DNA of 64,000 nucleotides from a virus: IMG/VR virus record IMGVR_UViG_3300031695_000001; one strand, 5' to 3'. Shown piece by piece: positions 8,904 to 17,569 of the stretch. Each line of letters starts with the position of its first letter. Position 1 is the first letter of the stretch. The translations under genes and the position numbers were made by a program. The notes under the pieces are model-generated. The model ran no database searches. It was not told the origin of the DNA and saw nothing but the letters and a program-made list of their open reading frames with translations.

Positions 8904-9609
8904 GATGTGCTCTATCTGTTAGTCCTGCTTCTTCTAGTTCAAACTGTATCAACTTCCAGTTATGAAGTGTATCAAGTAAGTCTTCCGCCTGCTGTACATA
9001 TTGTAACATCTCTTTTGTAATTTTAACACCACATTGGCGAAGATACTCTAAATGATGTGCAGGAGTATAATGATGATCCTCTTCTTTCTGAAATGTATTT
9101 GATTGTGGCCTAACGTTTAAAAACTTTTTAAACGGAATTTTAAAATCTTGTGCAATACTTAACGGTGGCAATTTGCCAACTTTAAAGTCTGATCCAAACA
9201 TTTTATATTTAATATTATGCTGAGCAAGATAAGCCGTTGTCAATTGGATATAGTTTTCACTGAACATCTGATATGATTCTTCGCAGAATGCATGTCTGTT
9301 AATAACTTGTTGTACTTGATCATGATCGTGTGCTAAGTTGCCACCTCGATACCAGCCTACTCGTATTCCGTCAGGTCCTTTAACTTCGCGATGATAATCA
9401 AAGCGGTTAGGGTATGTCCATTGAATAATAAGTTCATCTAATGGATGCATGCAATCAACAATTGCTATAACTCGATTCATTATAGCAAAGTTACCAATTC
9501 CGGGGATGCCCCAGTTATAATGTTTATCATAGGCCTTGCCTAGTATGTCAGCATACGTGGGCCAAACATATCTAGTGTGTGAACATCCAACACTGTACAA
9601 TGTACTCAA
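8893..9609 (-). CDS. SGNH-like hypothetical protein
   Basis: VGCSHT, GIPGIGN, IQWT..R.D and DHHYTP motifs. Confidence 0.6.
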   Translation of the reverse strand: MSTLYSVGCSHTRYVWPTYADILGKAYDKHYNWGIPGIGNFAIMNRVIAIVDCMHPLDELIIQWTYPNRFDYHREVKGPDGIRVGWYRGGNLAHDHDQVQQVINRHAFCEESYQMFSENYIQLTTAYLAQHNIKYKMFGSDFKVGKLPPLSIAQDFKIPFKKFLNVRPQSNTFQKEEDHHYTPAHHLEYLRQCGVKITKEMLQYVQQAEDLLDTLHNWKLIQFELEEAGLTDRAHHGR

Positions 9610-10076
9610 AACTTAATTCCTTCTATGCCATGTTCTTCAGCAAGTGCTTTAAGTTCTTTCTTAGTACTCATATTAGCAAGCATATCAATCTCATTTAATT
9701 TCATATTAGGATGTATTTGCGTTAGTAACTTAACTGCGGCATTATTGTTTCCTGCTTTTTTCTTAAATCCAACATACGGATGAAACATTATTTTACCAGT
9801 TGCGCCAGACATACAAAGCAACTGCCACATTAACTGCTGGTGCCCATTTTCTTTACCAACACCAATTGTATTAAAGTGTTTGTTGTAATATTCATTAGTT
9901 TTAAACACAGCAAGTTCTTGTGTATCACGAGAACCTTTTACTGAACTAACATACCTGTTAAGCAACCAGAAACTAACTTGCTTCCGTTCCTCTTCAGAAA
10001 GTTCTTTCCACACACTCTTTGCGTTCATATCAACTGCTGCCAATATATCTTTTATTGGGAGTTTAGGTTGTGCCAT
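9606..10076 (-). CDS. Putative clamp-loader small subunit (gp62-like)
   Basis: Size and pattern (FWLLNRYVS...NEY...QLMWQLL...PY) resemble T4-like gp62. Confidence 0.55.
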   Translation of the reverse strand: MAQPKLPIKDILAAVDMNAKSVWKELSEEERKQVSFWLLNRYVSSVKGSRDTQELAVFKTNEYYNKHFNTIGVGKENGHQQLMWQLLCMSGATGKIMFHPYVGFKKKAGNNNAAVKLLTQIHPNMKLNEIDMLANMSTKKELKALAEEHGIEGIKF

Positions 10077-10735
10077 GTGTCTACGTCCTCAGGTGAATTA
10101 ATCTCTACTCCATTAAAGTATACACTCGAACAGCCAATAGGCCAACCAGCTTTTAACCAGCGTAGTTGTTCAAGTTTTTCTACACTTTCTTCTACTTCAA
10201 CTTTCATCTTTAGATATCGGGCTAGTGCAGTACGTTTGTAACCGTAAACTCCTAAGTGCCATTCTCCGTATCCGGTCATGCCTCTACCAAACCATAGAGC
10301 TTGGTCGCCAGCACGTACCATCTTAACTGAGTTAGGATCGTTTTGCATTTGTTCAGGCATTGGTGTAAAAACTGTAGTTATAGGATAGTCTTCTAACTTT
10401 GCAATACAATTTTCAATTAGTGCTAGGGTAACATCTGGCATGTCGCCTTGTACATTTATAAATTGATCAAAGTCTGAAAAGAAGTCATTCTGTATAGCGC
10501 CGGCGCATCGTTCTGTACCGTTTTCATATTCTGCTTGATCGATCCAACAATTGTTAGCATTGAACAAATCAAAAATGCGCAAGTCGTCAGTAAGTACATA
10601 TGTTGGTATCTTAGACGCAACACAAGCGTCATACACACGTTTAATCATAGGCACCCCATCTAACATAGCTAAGGGCTTACCTGGAAAGCGTGTGCTTTCG
10701 TATCTAGCCGGTATAAGAATTGCTGTCTTACTCAT
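10052..10735 (-). CDS. kdsB: CMP-Kdo synthetase (3-deoxy-manno-octulosonate cytidylyltransferase)
   Basis: IPARYESTRFPGKPL, GTER, NVQGD, HLGVYGY, EKLEQLRWL motifs. Confidence 0.95.
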   Translation of the reverse strand: MSKTAILIPARYESTRFPGKPLAMLDGVPMIKRVYDACVASKIPTYVLTDDLRIFDLFNANNCWIDQAEYENGTERCAGAIQNDFFSDFDQFINVQGDMPDVTLALIENCIAKLEDYPITTVFTPMPEQMQNDPNSVKMVRAGDQALWFGRGMTGYGEWHLGVYGYKRTALARYLKMKVEVEESVEKLEQLRWLKAGWPIGCSSVYFNGVEINSPEDVDTWHNLNSQ

Positions 10736-11511
10736 CCTACTACTACCTTGTTGATTGCAACTATGTCTGCTACTACACTTTCAAAGTCATCTAAGCGTAA
10801 CATATTTGGACCGTCACTAGGTGCGTTGTCTGGATTAGGATGCGTTTCTATAAAGAACGATGAAATACCAAGAGCACTACCAGCGCGAGCCATGCCAGGA
10901 ACGTAGTCACGATTACCGCCTGACGATCCGCCAAGTCCGCCCGGTTTCTGTACAGCATGTGTGCAATCGAACACCACTGGCTCGCTAAAATTATCCAACA
11001 TATATTGTAGACCAGTGAAGTCGACAACCAATGTGTTATATCCAAAACTTGTTCCTCGTTCGGTAATCCAAACTTCTTTAGCACCTTCTGCTTTAGTTAA
11101 TATACCAGCCATATCCCAAGGTGCTAGGAACTGTCCTTTCTTAATATTAACAATTTTATCTGTAGCACATGCCGCTTGCAACAAATCTGTTTGCCTACAA
11201 AGGAACGCAGGTATTTGTAATACATCTACACAATCATTAAAGTAAGTTGTAATTATTTCAATCTGTTCAATGTCATGTACATCTGTTAGTGTCTTGACGC
11301 CGTATACTTCTTTAATTAATTTAAAGTCATTTAGAGTATTAGCAAGTCCTACACCTCGCTTATTACCTAAGCTAGATCTATTTGCTTTATCAAAACTTGC
11401 TTTAAAAATATATTCAACACCATATTTGTCGCATACTTCTTTGCATCGTTGTGCGATATGTGATGACTGACTTAATGACTCATGCTGGCATGGTCCTGCT
11501 ATAATTCTCAT
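10732..11511 (-). CDS. kdsA: Kdo-8-phosphate synthase
   Basis: IAGPC, KASFDKANRSS, QIPAFLCRQTDL, KKGQF, ERG, SDGPN motifs. Confidence 0.97.
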   Translation of the reverse strand: MRIIAGPCQHESLSQSSHIAQRCKEVCDKYGVEYIFKASFDKANRSSLGNKRGVGLANTLNDFKLIKEVYGVKTLTDVHDIEQIEIITTYFNDCVDVLQIPAFLCRQTDLLQAACATDKIVNIKKGQFLAPWDMAGILTKAEGAKEVWITERGTSFGYNTLVVDFTGLQYMLDNFSEPVVFDCTHAVQKPGGLGGSSGGNRDYVPGMARAGSALGISSFFIETHPNPDNAPSDGPNMLRLDDFESVVADIVAINKVVVG

Positions 11512-11690
11512 TTTTTTTTTCGTTCCCTACGTGCTTTAGCGTATTCATTTTCTGTACGAGTGTCTACAGCTTCTTTAGTTGATTTGCGCTTTGCTCTTGC
11601 AACTTCGCTTTTTCGTACACGCTCACCTTTCGGTGAGGATACTTGACTTTCGTCCAGTGGGTCGTGAAATTCTGTTTCTTTATCTGACAT
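11508..11690 (-). CDS. Small basic hypothetical protein
   Basis: 60-aa ORF with AGGA RBS; ATGA overlap with kdsA. Confidence 0.65.
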   Translation of the reverse strand: MSDKETEFHDPLDESQVSSPKGERVRKSEVARAKRKSTKEAVDTRTENEYAKARRERKKK

Positions 11691-11706
11691 TTATTTTTTC
11701 CTTTTG

Positions 11707-12393
11707 TTATCTAGGAGCAAACTCTTGTTGTAGTTTGATGTTATCAAAGAACTCTTTCTTTGTACCTACATCATCTTTAAATGCACCTTTAAGTACAGTT
11801 GTTTGTGTTAAACTACTGTGTGCCATAATTCCTCTGTTCTCACAACAACCGTGTGTTGCTTGAATGTAAACACCTAAGTGTTCTGCACTAGTTGCTTTCT
11901 GTATTTCACGAGCAACGTCATTTGCAAGTTCTTCTTGTAGTGTACCCCGTCTAGCACACCATTGTGCAATACGTGTGTACTTACTAAGTCCAATAAGTTT
12001 GTCACTAGCAATAATACCAATGTATGCAACGCCTGCTACTGGCTGGTGATGATGCGAACACATACTTCTAAGTTCACTACGTACTACTAGCATGCCATCA
12101 TACCGATCATCGCTATCATTTGGAAATGCTGTTGCGTTAGGCATAGCATCATAACGTCCTGCCATAATCTCATTAAAGTACATTTTAGCAAGTCGCTTTG
12201 CTGTACCTTTACTATTAGGATCGTTATACCGATCAATTACAAGTGCATCGAGTACACCTTGAAATGCTGTAGTTGCGTTATTAATAAGTTCTTCTTTATC
12301 GCCTTCTTCCAACACTTCACTTATGTTGTCTCCAGCCCAATAGCGAATACCTGCTTCGTCTAATTTAGTTTTAATCTGTTGTGCTTTGTTCAA
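11707..12393 (-). CDS. folE: GTP cyclohydrolase I
   Basis: SMCSHH, IGLSKYTRI, LQEEL, HGCCENRG motifs; TTG start with GGAG. Confidence 0.95.
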   Translation of the reverse strand: MNKAQQIKTKLDEAGIRYWAGDNISEVLEEGDKEELINNATTAFQGVLDALVIDRYNDPNSKGTAKRLAKMYFNEIMAGRYDAMPNATAFPNDSDDRYDGMLVVRSELRSMCSHHHQPVAGVAYIGIIASDKLIGLSKYTRIAQWCARRGTLQEELANDVAREIQKATSAEHLGVYIQATHGCCENRGIMAHSSLTQTTVLKGAFKDDVGTKKEFFDNIKLQQEFAPR

Positions 12394-12400
12394 TTTACTT

Positions 12401-12428
12401 CTCCGAGTTTAAGACGTGGATGTCTTAT
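12401..12428 (-). promoter_or_regulatory. folE 5' leader hairpin / putative H-type pseudoknot covering the SD
   Basis: UAAGAC-AUCCAC-GUCUUA stem-loop; loop UCC is complementary to GGA of the downstream GGAG. Confidence 0.5.
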
Positions 12429-12433
12429 AGTTT

Positions 12434-12462
12434 ATTATACAATAGTATTTAGGTTTTGTCAA
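12434..12462 (-). promoter_or_regulatory. sigma70-type promoter of the folE-kdsA-kdsB operon
   Basis: TTGACA-N17-TATAAT; a CTAAATA late-type box lies inside the spacer (12446-12452). Confidence 0.85.
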
Positions 12463-13018
12463 TTACTTTTTTTTGAATAGCGATATCTAATTTACCCTTA
12501 ACACTTAGTACGTTGTATATTATGTCGCCATCTATATTCTCATTTAGTTTCTTAGTCCACCAACGCTGATCTTCAATGATCAAATGTGCATTGTCCCCAT
12601 TAGGCAATGTCTTACGTGCCCGGACTGTATCTATTCTAAGCCATATAAATTTATTTGATATAGTGTTTATGTGTGCTAGTACATTTACTAAGAACGTAGG
12701 TTCTATATGTTCTAACACGTCACAGGAAAAGACACAGTCAAATGTACCTTTTCGAATTCTATTAAACTTGTCAACTGCTGGATCATAACCTTCAACAACT
12801 GTGTTGGGATAACTAGATTGCAAATGGGCTAAGATTGCTCCTTTGCCGCATCCGTAATCTAACATTGTCGCTGGCTGCCAATCTGTCATTAATGAAACAA
12901 AATGACCTAATGGTTTAACTTTGCCACCAAAACCGTTACTTCGATTTTGATTTCCATGTATGCGCTTTAACGCATTAATGTAATGTGCAGTAATTAAACC
13001 TTTAGATAGTTTGCTCAT
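12449..13018 (-). CDS. Class I SAM-dependent methyltransferase
   Basis: LDYGCGKG, GYDP, DVLEHIEP motifs. Confidence 0.9.
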   Translation of the reverse strand: MSKLSKGLITAHYINALKRIHGNQNRSNGFGGKVKPLGHFVSLMTDWQPATMLDYGCGKGAILAHLQSSYPNTVVEGYDPAVDKFNRIRKGTFDCVFSCDVLEHIEPTFLVNVLAHINTISNKFIWLRIDTVRARKTLPNGDNAHLIIEDQRWWTKKLNENIDGDIIYNVLSVKGKLDIAIQKKVIDKT

Positions 13019-13275
13019 TAAGTAGCTTTTTTCTTAGCAGTAGTTTTCTTAGTAGCTGGCTTCTTAATAGCCTTTACAACTTTTTTATTAGCTACAGCTT
13101 TAGCAGTAGTCTTGTTCTTAGCTACAGCTTTATCTACAACTTTCTTAGTTGAGGTTTTCTTAACTACTTTCTTTGTGTGAAGTTTAGATTCATCCATTGG
13201 AGGATCAGCTACTGGACGTTCTTCCACTTCGTTAATCACACTCCAATTAAATAACCCTTTAAACCAATTTAACAT
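13018..13275 (-). CDS. Lys/Ala-rich histone-H1-like small protein
   Basis: C-terminal KKVVKK/KKTTAKKK repeats; AGGAG RBS. Confidence 0.7.
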   Translation of the reverse strand: MLNWFKGLFNWSVINEVEERPVADPPMDESKLHTKKVVKKTSTKKVVDKAVAKNKTTAKAVANKKVVKAIKKPATKKTTAKKKAT

Positions 13276-13302
13276 ACTTTTCTCCTTTTATTTTATTTTG
13301 AT

Positions 13303-13329
13303 GATGCTATAGCATTATGCTATAGCATC
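13303..13329. repeat. Tandem 12-bp palindrome ATGCTATAGCAT x2
   Basis: g-atgctatagcat-t-atgctatagcat-c in the intergenic space. Confidence 0.85.
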
Positions 13330-13338
13330 GTGAGTAAA

Positions 13339-13950
13339 TTATCCTTGGGCTGTGTCTTCTGTACGTCCTTTGATGTAACGTAATAAGAATCCGTATGCCG
13401 GAAGGAAGATAATTAATCCTACTGCAATTTTTAAGCCTGCTTGGCTTGTAGCAATTTCCATCCAGTTAGCTGCCATATACTCATCTGCTGAGTTATTAAA
13501 CGCTACTGCAAAGAATGTGTAACTGTCAATTACGTTTGCAACAATTGTTGACAATGCCGGAGCAATCCACCACTGCTTTGACCAGTTCTCACGGAAGTAT
13601 TGGAACACATATACATCAAGGAATGTACCTACTGCATACGCTGTTGCACTTGCAAAACCAATACGCATTGCTACGCTTTCCGGTGCGCCTTCTGCTAGAA
13701 CCACTGCAATACTTGTAATGATTGCAATTGGATATGCTGCCGCAATAGTTGCTCGAGCAATGTTCTTACCTAACATACGTACTGTTAAGTCAGTTGCTAG
13801 AATAACTAGTGGGAATGTAAATGCGGCCCACGTTAGTTTAAAGCCTAGTATTTCAACTGGTATTGAAACTAAGGCGTTGCTTACTGTAATTACTATAACT
13901 TGCAATAGTGCAAGTTTTAGCATCATTGTTTTATCAATATTTTTAAACAT
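13339..13950 (-). CDS. yhhQ: Queuosine precursor (preQ0/preQ1) transporter, VUT family
   Basis: Hydrophobic protein with SNALV, TWAAFTFP, ATDLTVR, RIGFAS..AY..G..LD, DSYTFF motifs. Confidence 0.9.
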   Translation of the reverse strand: MFKNIDKTMMLKLALLQVIVITVSNALVSIPVEILGFKLTWAAFTFPLVILATDLTVRMLGKNIARATIAAAYPIAIITSIAVVLAEGAPESVAMRIGFASATAYAVGTFLDVYVFQYFRENWSKQWWIAPALSTIVANVIDSYTFFAVAFNNSADEYMAANWMEIATSQAGLKIAVGLIIFLPAYGFLLRYIKGRTEDTAQG

Positions 13951-13953
13951 ATT

Positions 13954-14316
13954 TTACTTCTTTCCTGTTGATGTGCCACTTGTACGACGAACAATATCAT
14001 CGTGATTAAATTCAGCCCAGTACAATTCAAAAGCGACACCGTCTTCTAAACCTTCAAACTGGTGAATCTTGCCTGGCTTCACTTGCGTAAAGTCTCCTGC
14101 TTTAAGAATAGTTTCATCAACTAGTCCTTGGTCATCTTGCCAAACGCGGACAATCATCTTGCCCGATTCAACAAAAAATCCATTCCATTTAAATTGGTGC
14201 TCATGTTCTGAACATTTAAATCCTGCATTGTATTCAATACGGTGAAACTCTAATGCTCCGTTTGCATGGATCAGCTCTGTGGCTCCCCATACTTTTCCTG
14301 CTTTGATTCCCATCAT
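13954..14316 (-). CDS. Cupin-domain protein
   Basis: KVWG, CSEHEH..KWNGF.VESG, PGKIHQF motifs. Confidence 0.85.
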   Translation of the reverse strand: MMGIKAGKVWGATELIHANGALEFHRIEYNAGFKCSEHEHQFKWNGFFVESGKMIVRVWQDDQGLVDETILKAGDFTQVKPGKIHQFEGLEDGVAFELYWAEFNHDDIVRRTSGTSTGKK

Positions 14317-14325
14317 ATCTCTCCT

Positions 14326-14832
14326 TTACATTAATTCTGCGTATTCTATTATTTCACATTGTCGTGAAATGTCTTTTACAAAAAATGCACATAGTGGATT
14401 TTTACCTTCGGTGATTGGAACACTTAGTAACTGTCCATTTTTCATCTTAGGAAAATACCATTTTACATCATTGTAAAAATTAAGTATTTTTATTTCAGCA
14501 AAATCTGTTTTAAAACTTTTTAAAGGGTTAAACAAAAATGCTTCAAATCCTCTATCATTTAAACTAGTTAGCGGAAGTACTTCTAGGTCATTTCCACTCT
14601 GGCTATCGCCAACTGCTATGCACCAGTCTAACGGCATTGTAACTTGATGTCCTCCAATGTCCAACAACATTGCCGGAGCACTAAATGACTCTAAAAAGAT
14701 TAAAGGCACAAAAAAGAAATCAGGTTCTTTAGGATTGCTATTATCTAATACACTAAACCGTATATCGTCTTCAATTGTATCTGGGAGATTGTTAAGCAAA
14801 AAGCATTCATTTTCTAATGTAAGTATTCTCAT
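14326..14832 (-). CDS. Hypothetical protein
   Basis: 168-aa ORF in operon after uvsW. Confidence 0.75.
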   Translation of the reverse strand: MRILTLENECFLLNNLPDTIEDDIRFSVLDNSNPKEPDFFFVPLIFLESFSAPAMLLDIGGHQVTMPLDWCIAVGDSQSGNDLEVLPLTSLNDRGFEAFLFNPLKSFKTDFAEIKILNFYNDVKWYFPKMKNGQLLSVPITEGKNPLCAFFVKDISRQCEIIEYAELM

Positions 14833-14835
14833 ATA

Positions 14836-16299
14836 TTAATTCCAGTCGATTTTTTCTATTGTAAATGGGTACTCAGCTTCTTTGTAAAATTTCTTACGTT
14901 GAGTTAAGTGTCGCTTCGCGTACTTGCAGGTTGATGTCAAGTCCCAAATTTGTACGAAGTCTTTATCTTTTGCCTTACGAACGCCACGTCCGATTGATTG
15001 TATTACTCTTACGAAAGACTTACCTGGCTCAAGTAACACTAAGTTGAAGATACGAGGAATGTTAAGGCCAACTGCCGCTACACCGTATGTTGCAATAATA
15101 ACTTCATTGGTGCCTTCCTTGATTGTATCGTAAGTTTCTTTTCTATCTTTTACTTTTACACTTCCGCTAACAAAGGTACTGCCTGGCATTAGTTCTGCAA
15201 GTGTTTGCCCTGCACTAATTCTATCTACTAGTATTAGCGTGTTGCCTGTTTGTGATACTTGTGTTAACATCTTAGCAATGTAAGCTAATCGGGTTTCATT
15301 TGATGTCAAGTACTTTAGCTCTGCCTGGTAATCAGAATGTGCTACTGTGTCAATTAGCTGACATACATTTACGTGACATGCTGATAGTACACCCTTGTCT
15401 TGTAATTCTTTTGCAGTAATATTTCCAATTACTGGACCCAAACTTGCATGTATACTTTCAAACTCGAACGCTTCTTTAGGTACTGTGCCAGTTAGTCCCC
15501 AGCGTATCGGAGCATTGCGTAAGTTTTGTGTAAGTAAGTTTTTAAGTACTTCAGCTTTTGCTTGGTGTACTTCGTCGATAATAATTGTGCTTACACCGCT
15601 AAGAAACTCTGTAAGACTCAACTTTGCTGTTCCGTCTTTTGTTTTCTTATCTAAAATGTTTAATGACTGCCATGTACAGATAGTATGTGTACAGCCTAGC
15701 ATCTTCCTATCGCCGAAGTACACCCCAACATCGAGCCCACAGTTAATATAGTCTTCTTCTGTTTGTTCTACTAACGACTTGTTAGGAACAATGACTAGAC
15801 TACGACCGTAAGGCTCAGTTATGTGTGATAGTGTTGCTGTAGTAATTGTTTTACCTGCACCAGTAGCAATCTGTTGCAAGCTCTGTGGATTGTTAAGAAA
15901 GTTATTAATAGCTTCTACTTGATAGTCACGCAAGATAATTTCTGTGCCTGCTACAGGATGTCCTTCGGGCCAACACACACCTTGGTCTGCCCAATAGCGT
16001 TCTGTGACCGGAGTAAACTTTAAATCAATTGGATTACGATTGTCTTCAATTGCTGTAATTTCTACATTGTACTTTTGTAATACTTTTTGAATAGTTCCTA
16101 AGTGATTAACATAACCACTGCCGCCTAAACCAAAGAAAGCAACTTTACCATCCCAGCGTCCTAACTTGTACTGCGGCATATACTTTGCATACGGCACTTC
16201 AAACTTGAGTGCCTGAGATAGCTTGCGCCGCATGTCAACGTCTAGACCTTCTAACTTAATGTTTACTTCGTCTTGTATAATTAGTTTACATGTTGCCAT
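14836..16299 (-). CDS. uvsW: SF2 DNA helicase (UvsW-like)
   Basis: LRDYQ, ATGAGKT, DEVH, GLTGT, QSIGRGVR motifs. Confidence 0.93.
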   Translation of the reverse strand: MATCKLIIQDEVNIKLEGLDVDMRRKLSQALKFEVPYAKYMPQYKLGRWDGKVAFFGLGGSGYVNHLGTIQKVLQKYNVEITAIEDNRNPIDLKFTPVTERYWADQGVCWPEGHPVAGTEIILRDYQVEAINNFLNNPQSLQQIATGAGKTITTATLSHITEPYGRSLVIVPNKSLVEQTEEDYINCGLDVGVYFGDRKMLGCTHTICTWQSLNILDKKTKDGTAKLSLTEFLSGVSTIIIDEVHQAKAEVLKNLLTQNLRNAPIRWGLTGTVPKEAFEFESIHASLGPVIGNITAKELQDKGVLSACHVNVCQLIDTVAHSDYQAELKYLTSNETRLAYIAKMLTQVSQTGNTLILVDRISAGQTLAELMPGSTFVSGSVKVKDRKETYDTIKEGTNEVIIATYGVAAVGLNIPRIFNLVLLEPGKSFVRVIQSIGRGVRKAKDKDFVQIWDLTSTCKYAKRHLTQRKKFYKEAEYPFTIEKIDWN

Positions 16300-17534
16300 T
16301 AAAGTTTCTCTATGTTTACGTTAAAGCCCTTAGCCATCGGAGTAACATCTGTGTCATAATGAATAACTAAATCTTTTGCAGATGCCACACAGTCAACTCT
16401 AGAGTTCCTAGTACTACCCATATACAGAGTAGTACTATTATTCCAGTCTGATGTTAGTACAGGTTTTGGATACTTTGTATTATTAATATACACTATCTTA
16501 GTGGTTTTGTCAACCTTATTATTAATACCATTATTTTTAACGTATTTGTTAAATGGATGATTACTATCCGCATTATTATCTACTCTAAACATAACTGATA
16601 TTTCTGAATTGTTAATAAAGCCTTGCACTGCTGAGTGTGTACTAATTAATTGATTTAATATTTCCTCATCGTTTGCTGATAATACTACTAACAATGGAAA
16701 TCTATTCAATTCTAATAGACCTGCATACACTGCATTTAATGACCAATTGTTGCTGTTTACAAAAACAATGTTAGCTGTTCTTCGTATTATCTTTTGTGTA
16801 AGTGGAGATAATACATTTATTGAATTGTCTAATTCAGGTTGATCAAAATATTCTAATCCGTACTGTAACCCTTTATCTTTAAACCTATATAACGGAGTAT
16901 CTTTAGGATCTCCTATGTCTGAAATAATATAGTCTATTGTCTTACTTGGTAAATTCTTTAGTTCCACATTGTATACTCCCGGAATGTAGTCTTGCGGACT
17001 GTTAACTATAACCGCAATCTTTTCAAAGGCTTCTAATAATTGAGGTTCAATTAAAAAAGTTCCCCGCTCTTTTACATCCTTAACGACATCGTGTATCGTT
17101 ACTTCGTTCAATTCAAAGTGATGTAAGTGTGTGCCTTTATCATGTGAGTAATGTTTCTTGTGTTTCCAAGCTAACTTTTCCATTAAGCCAATATACTTCT
17201 TACTAAATGGAAACCTAATACCGATACATTGTTTGCCGTTGTGTTCTACAACTTTAACCCAATGACTCCTGTCAATCTGACGTAGAGGCATCCGTAATGT
17301 ATCTAATGCAATATAAAAATTATCAATAGAAGCGAACTGGTCAGAATACGATGTAGTTAATTTAAGTTTAACTACATTGTATTGTCTGTCAGTAAATGCT
17401 GTTCCGTTGAACACTTGTCTAGCAATGCTAGATAAGATAGTGTAATCTTCAGATTGTACCTTAAACGGTACGTCACTAGTGTCTACTAAACCCACTAGTG
17501 CCTCAAGGCAGTCTTCGATTGTTTTTATATTCAT
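16299..17534 (-). CDS. Hypothetical protein
   Basis: 411-aa ORF with its own promoter; TAATG-coupled to uvsW. Confidence 0.8.
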   Translation of the reverse strand: MNIKTIEDCLEALVGLVDTSDVPFKVQSEDYTILSSIARQVFNGTAFTDRQYNVVKLKLTTSYSDQFASIDNFYIALDTLRMPLRQIDRSHWVKVVEHNGKQCIGIRFPFSKKYIGLMEKLAWKHKKHYSHDKGTHLHHFELNEVTIHDVVKDVKERGTFLIEPQLLEAFEKIAVIVNSPQDYIPGVYNVELKNLPSKTIDYIISDIGDPKDTPLYRFKDKGLQYGLEYFDQPELDNSINVLSPLTQKIIRRTANIVFVNSNNWSLNAVYAGLLELNRFPLLVVLSANDEEILNQLISTHSAVQGFINNSEISVMFRVDNNADSNHPFNKYVKNNGINNKVDKTTKIVYINNTKYPKPVLTSDWNNSTTLYMGSTRNSRVDCVASAKDLVIHYDTDVTPMAKGFNVNIEKL

Positions 17535-17540
17535 ACAACT

Positions 17541-17569
17541 ATTATAACGTATTATAGCTTAGAAGTCAA
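17541..17569 (-). promoter_or_regulatory. sigma70-type promoter (predicted leaderless)
   Basis: TTGACT-N17-TATAAT, 6 nt before ATG at 17534. Confidence 0.8.

Noticed and set aside
13951-13960. preQ1 riboswitch upstream of yhhQ
   Set aside because: Only 3 nt separate yhhQ from the upstream cupin gene, so there is no room for a leader
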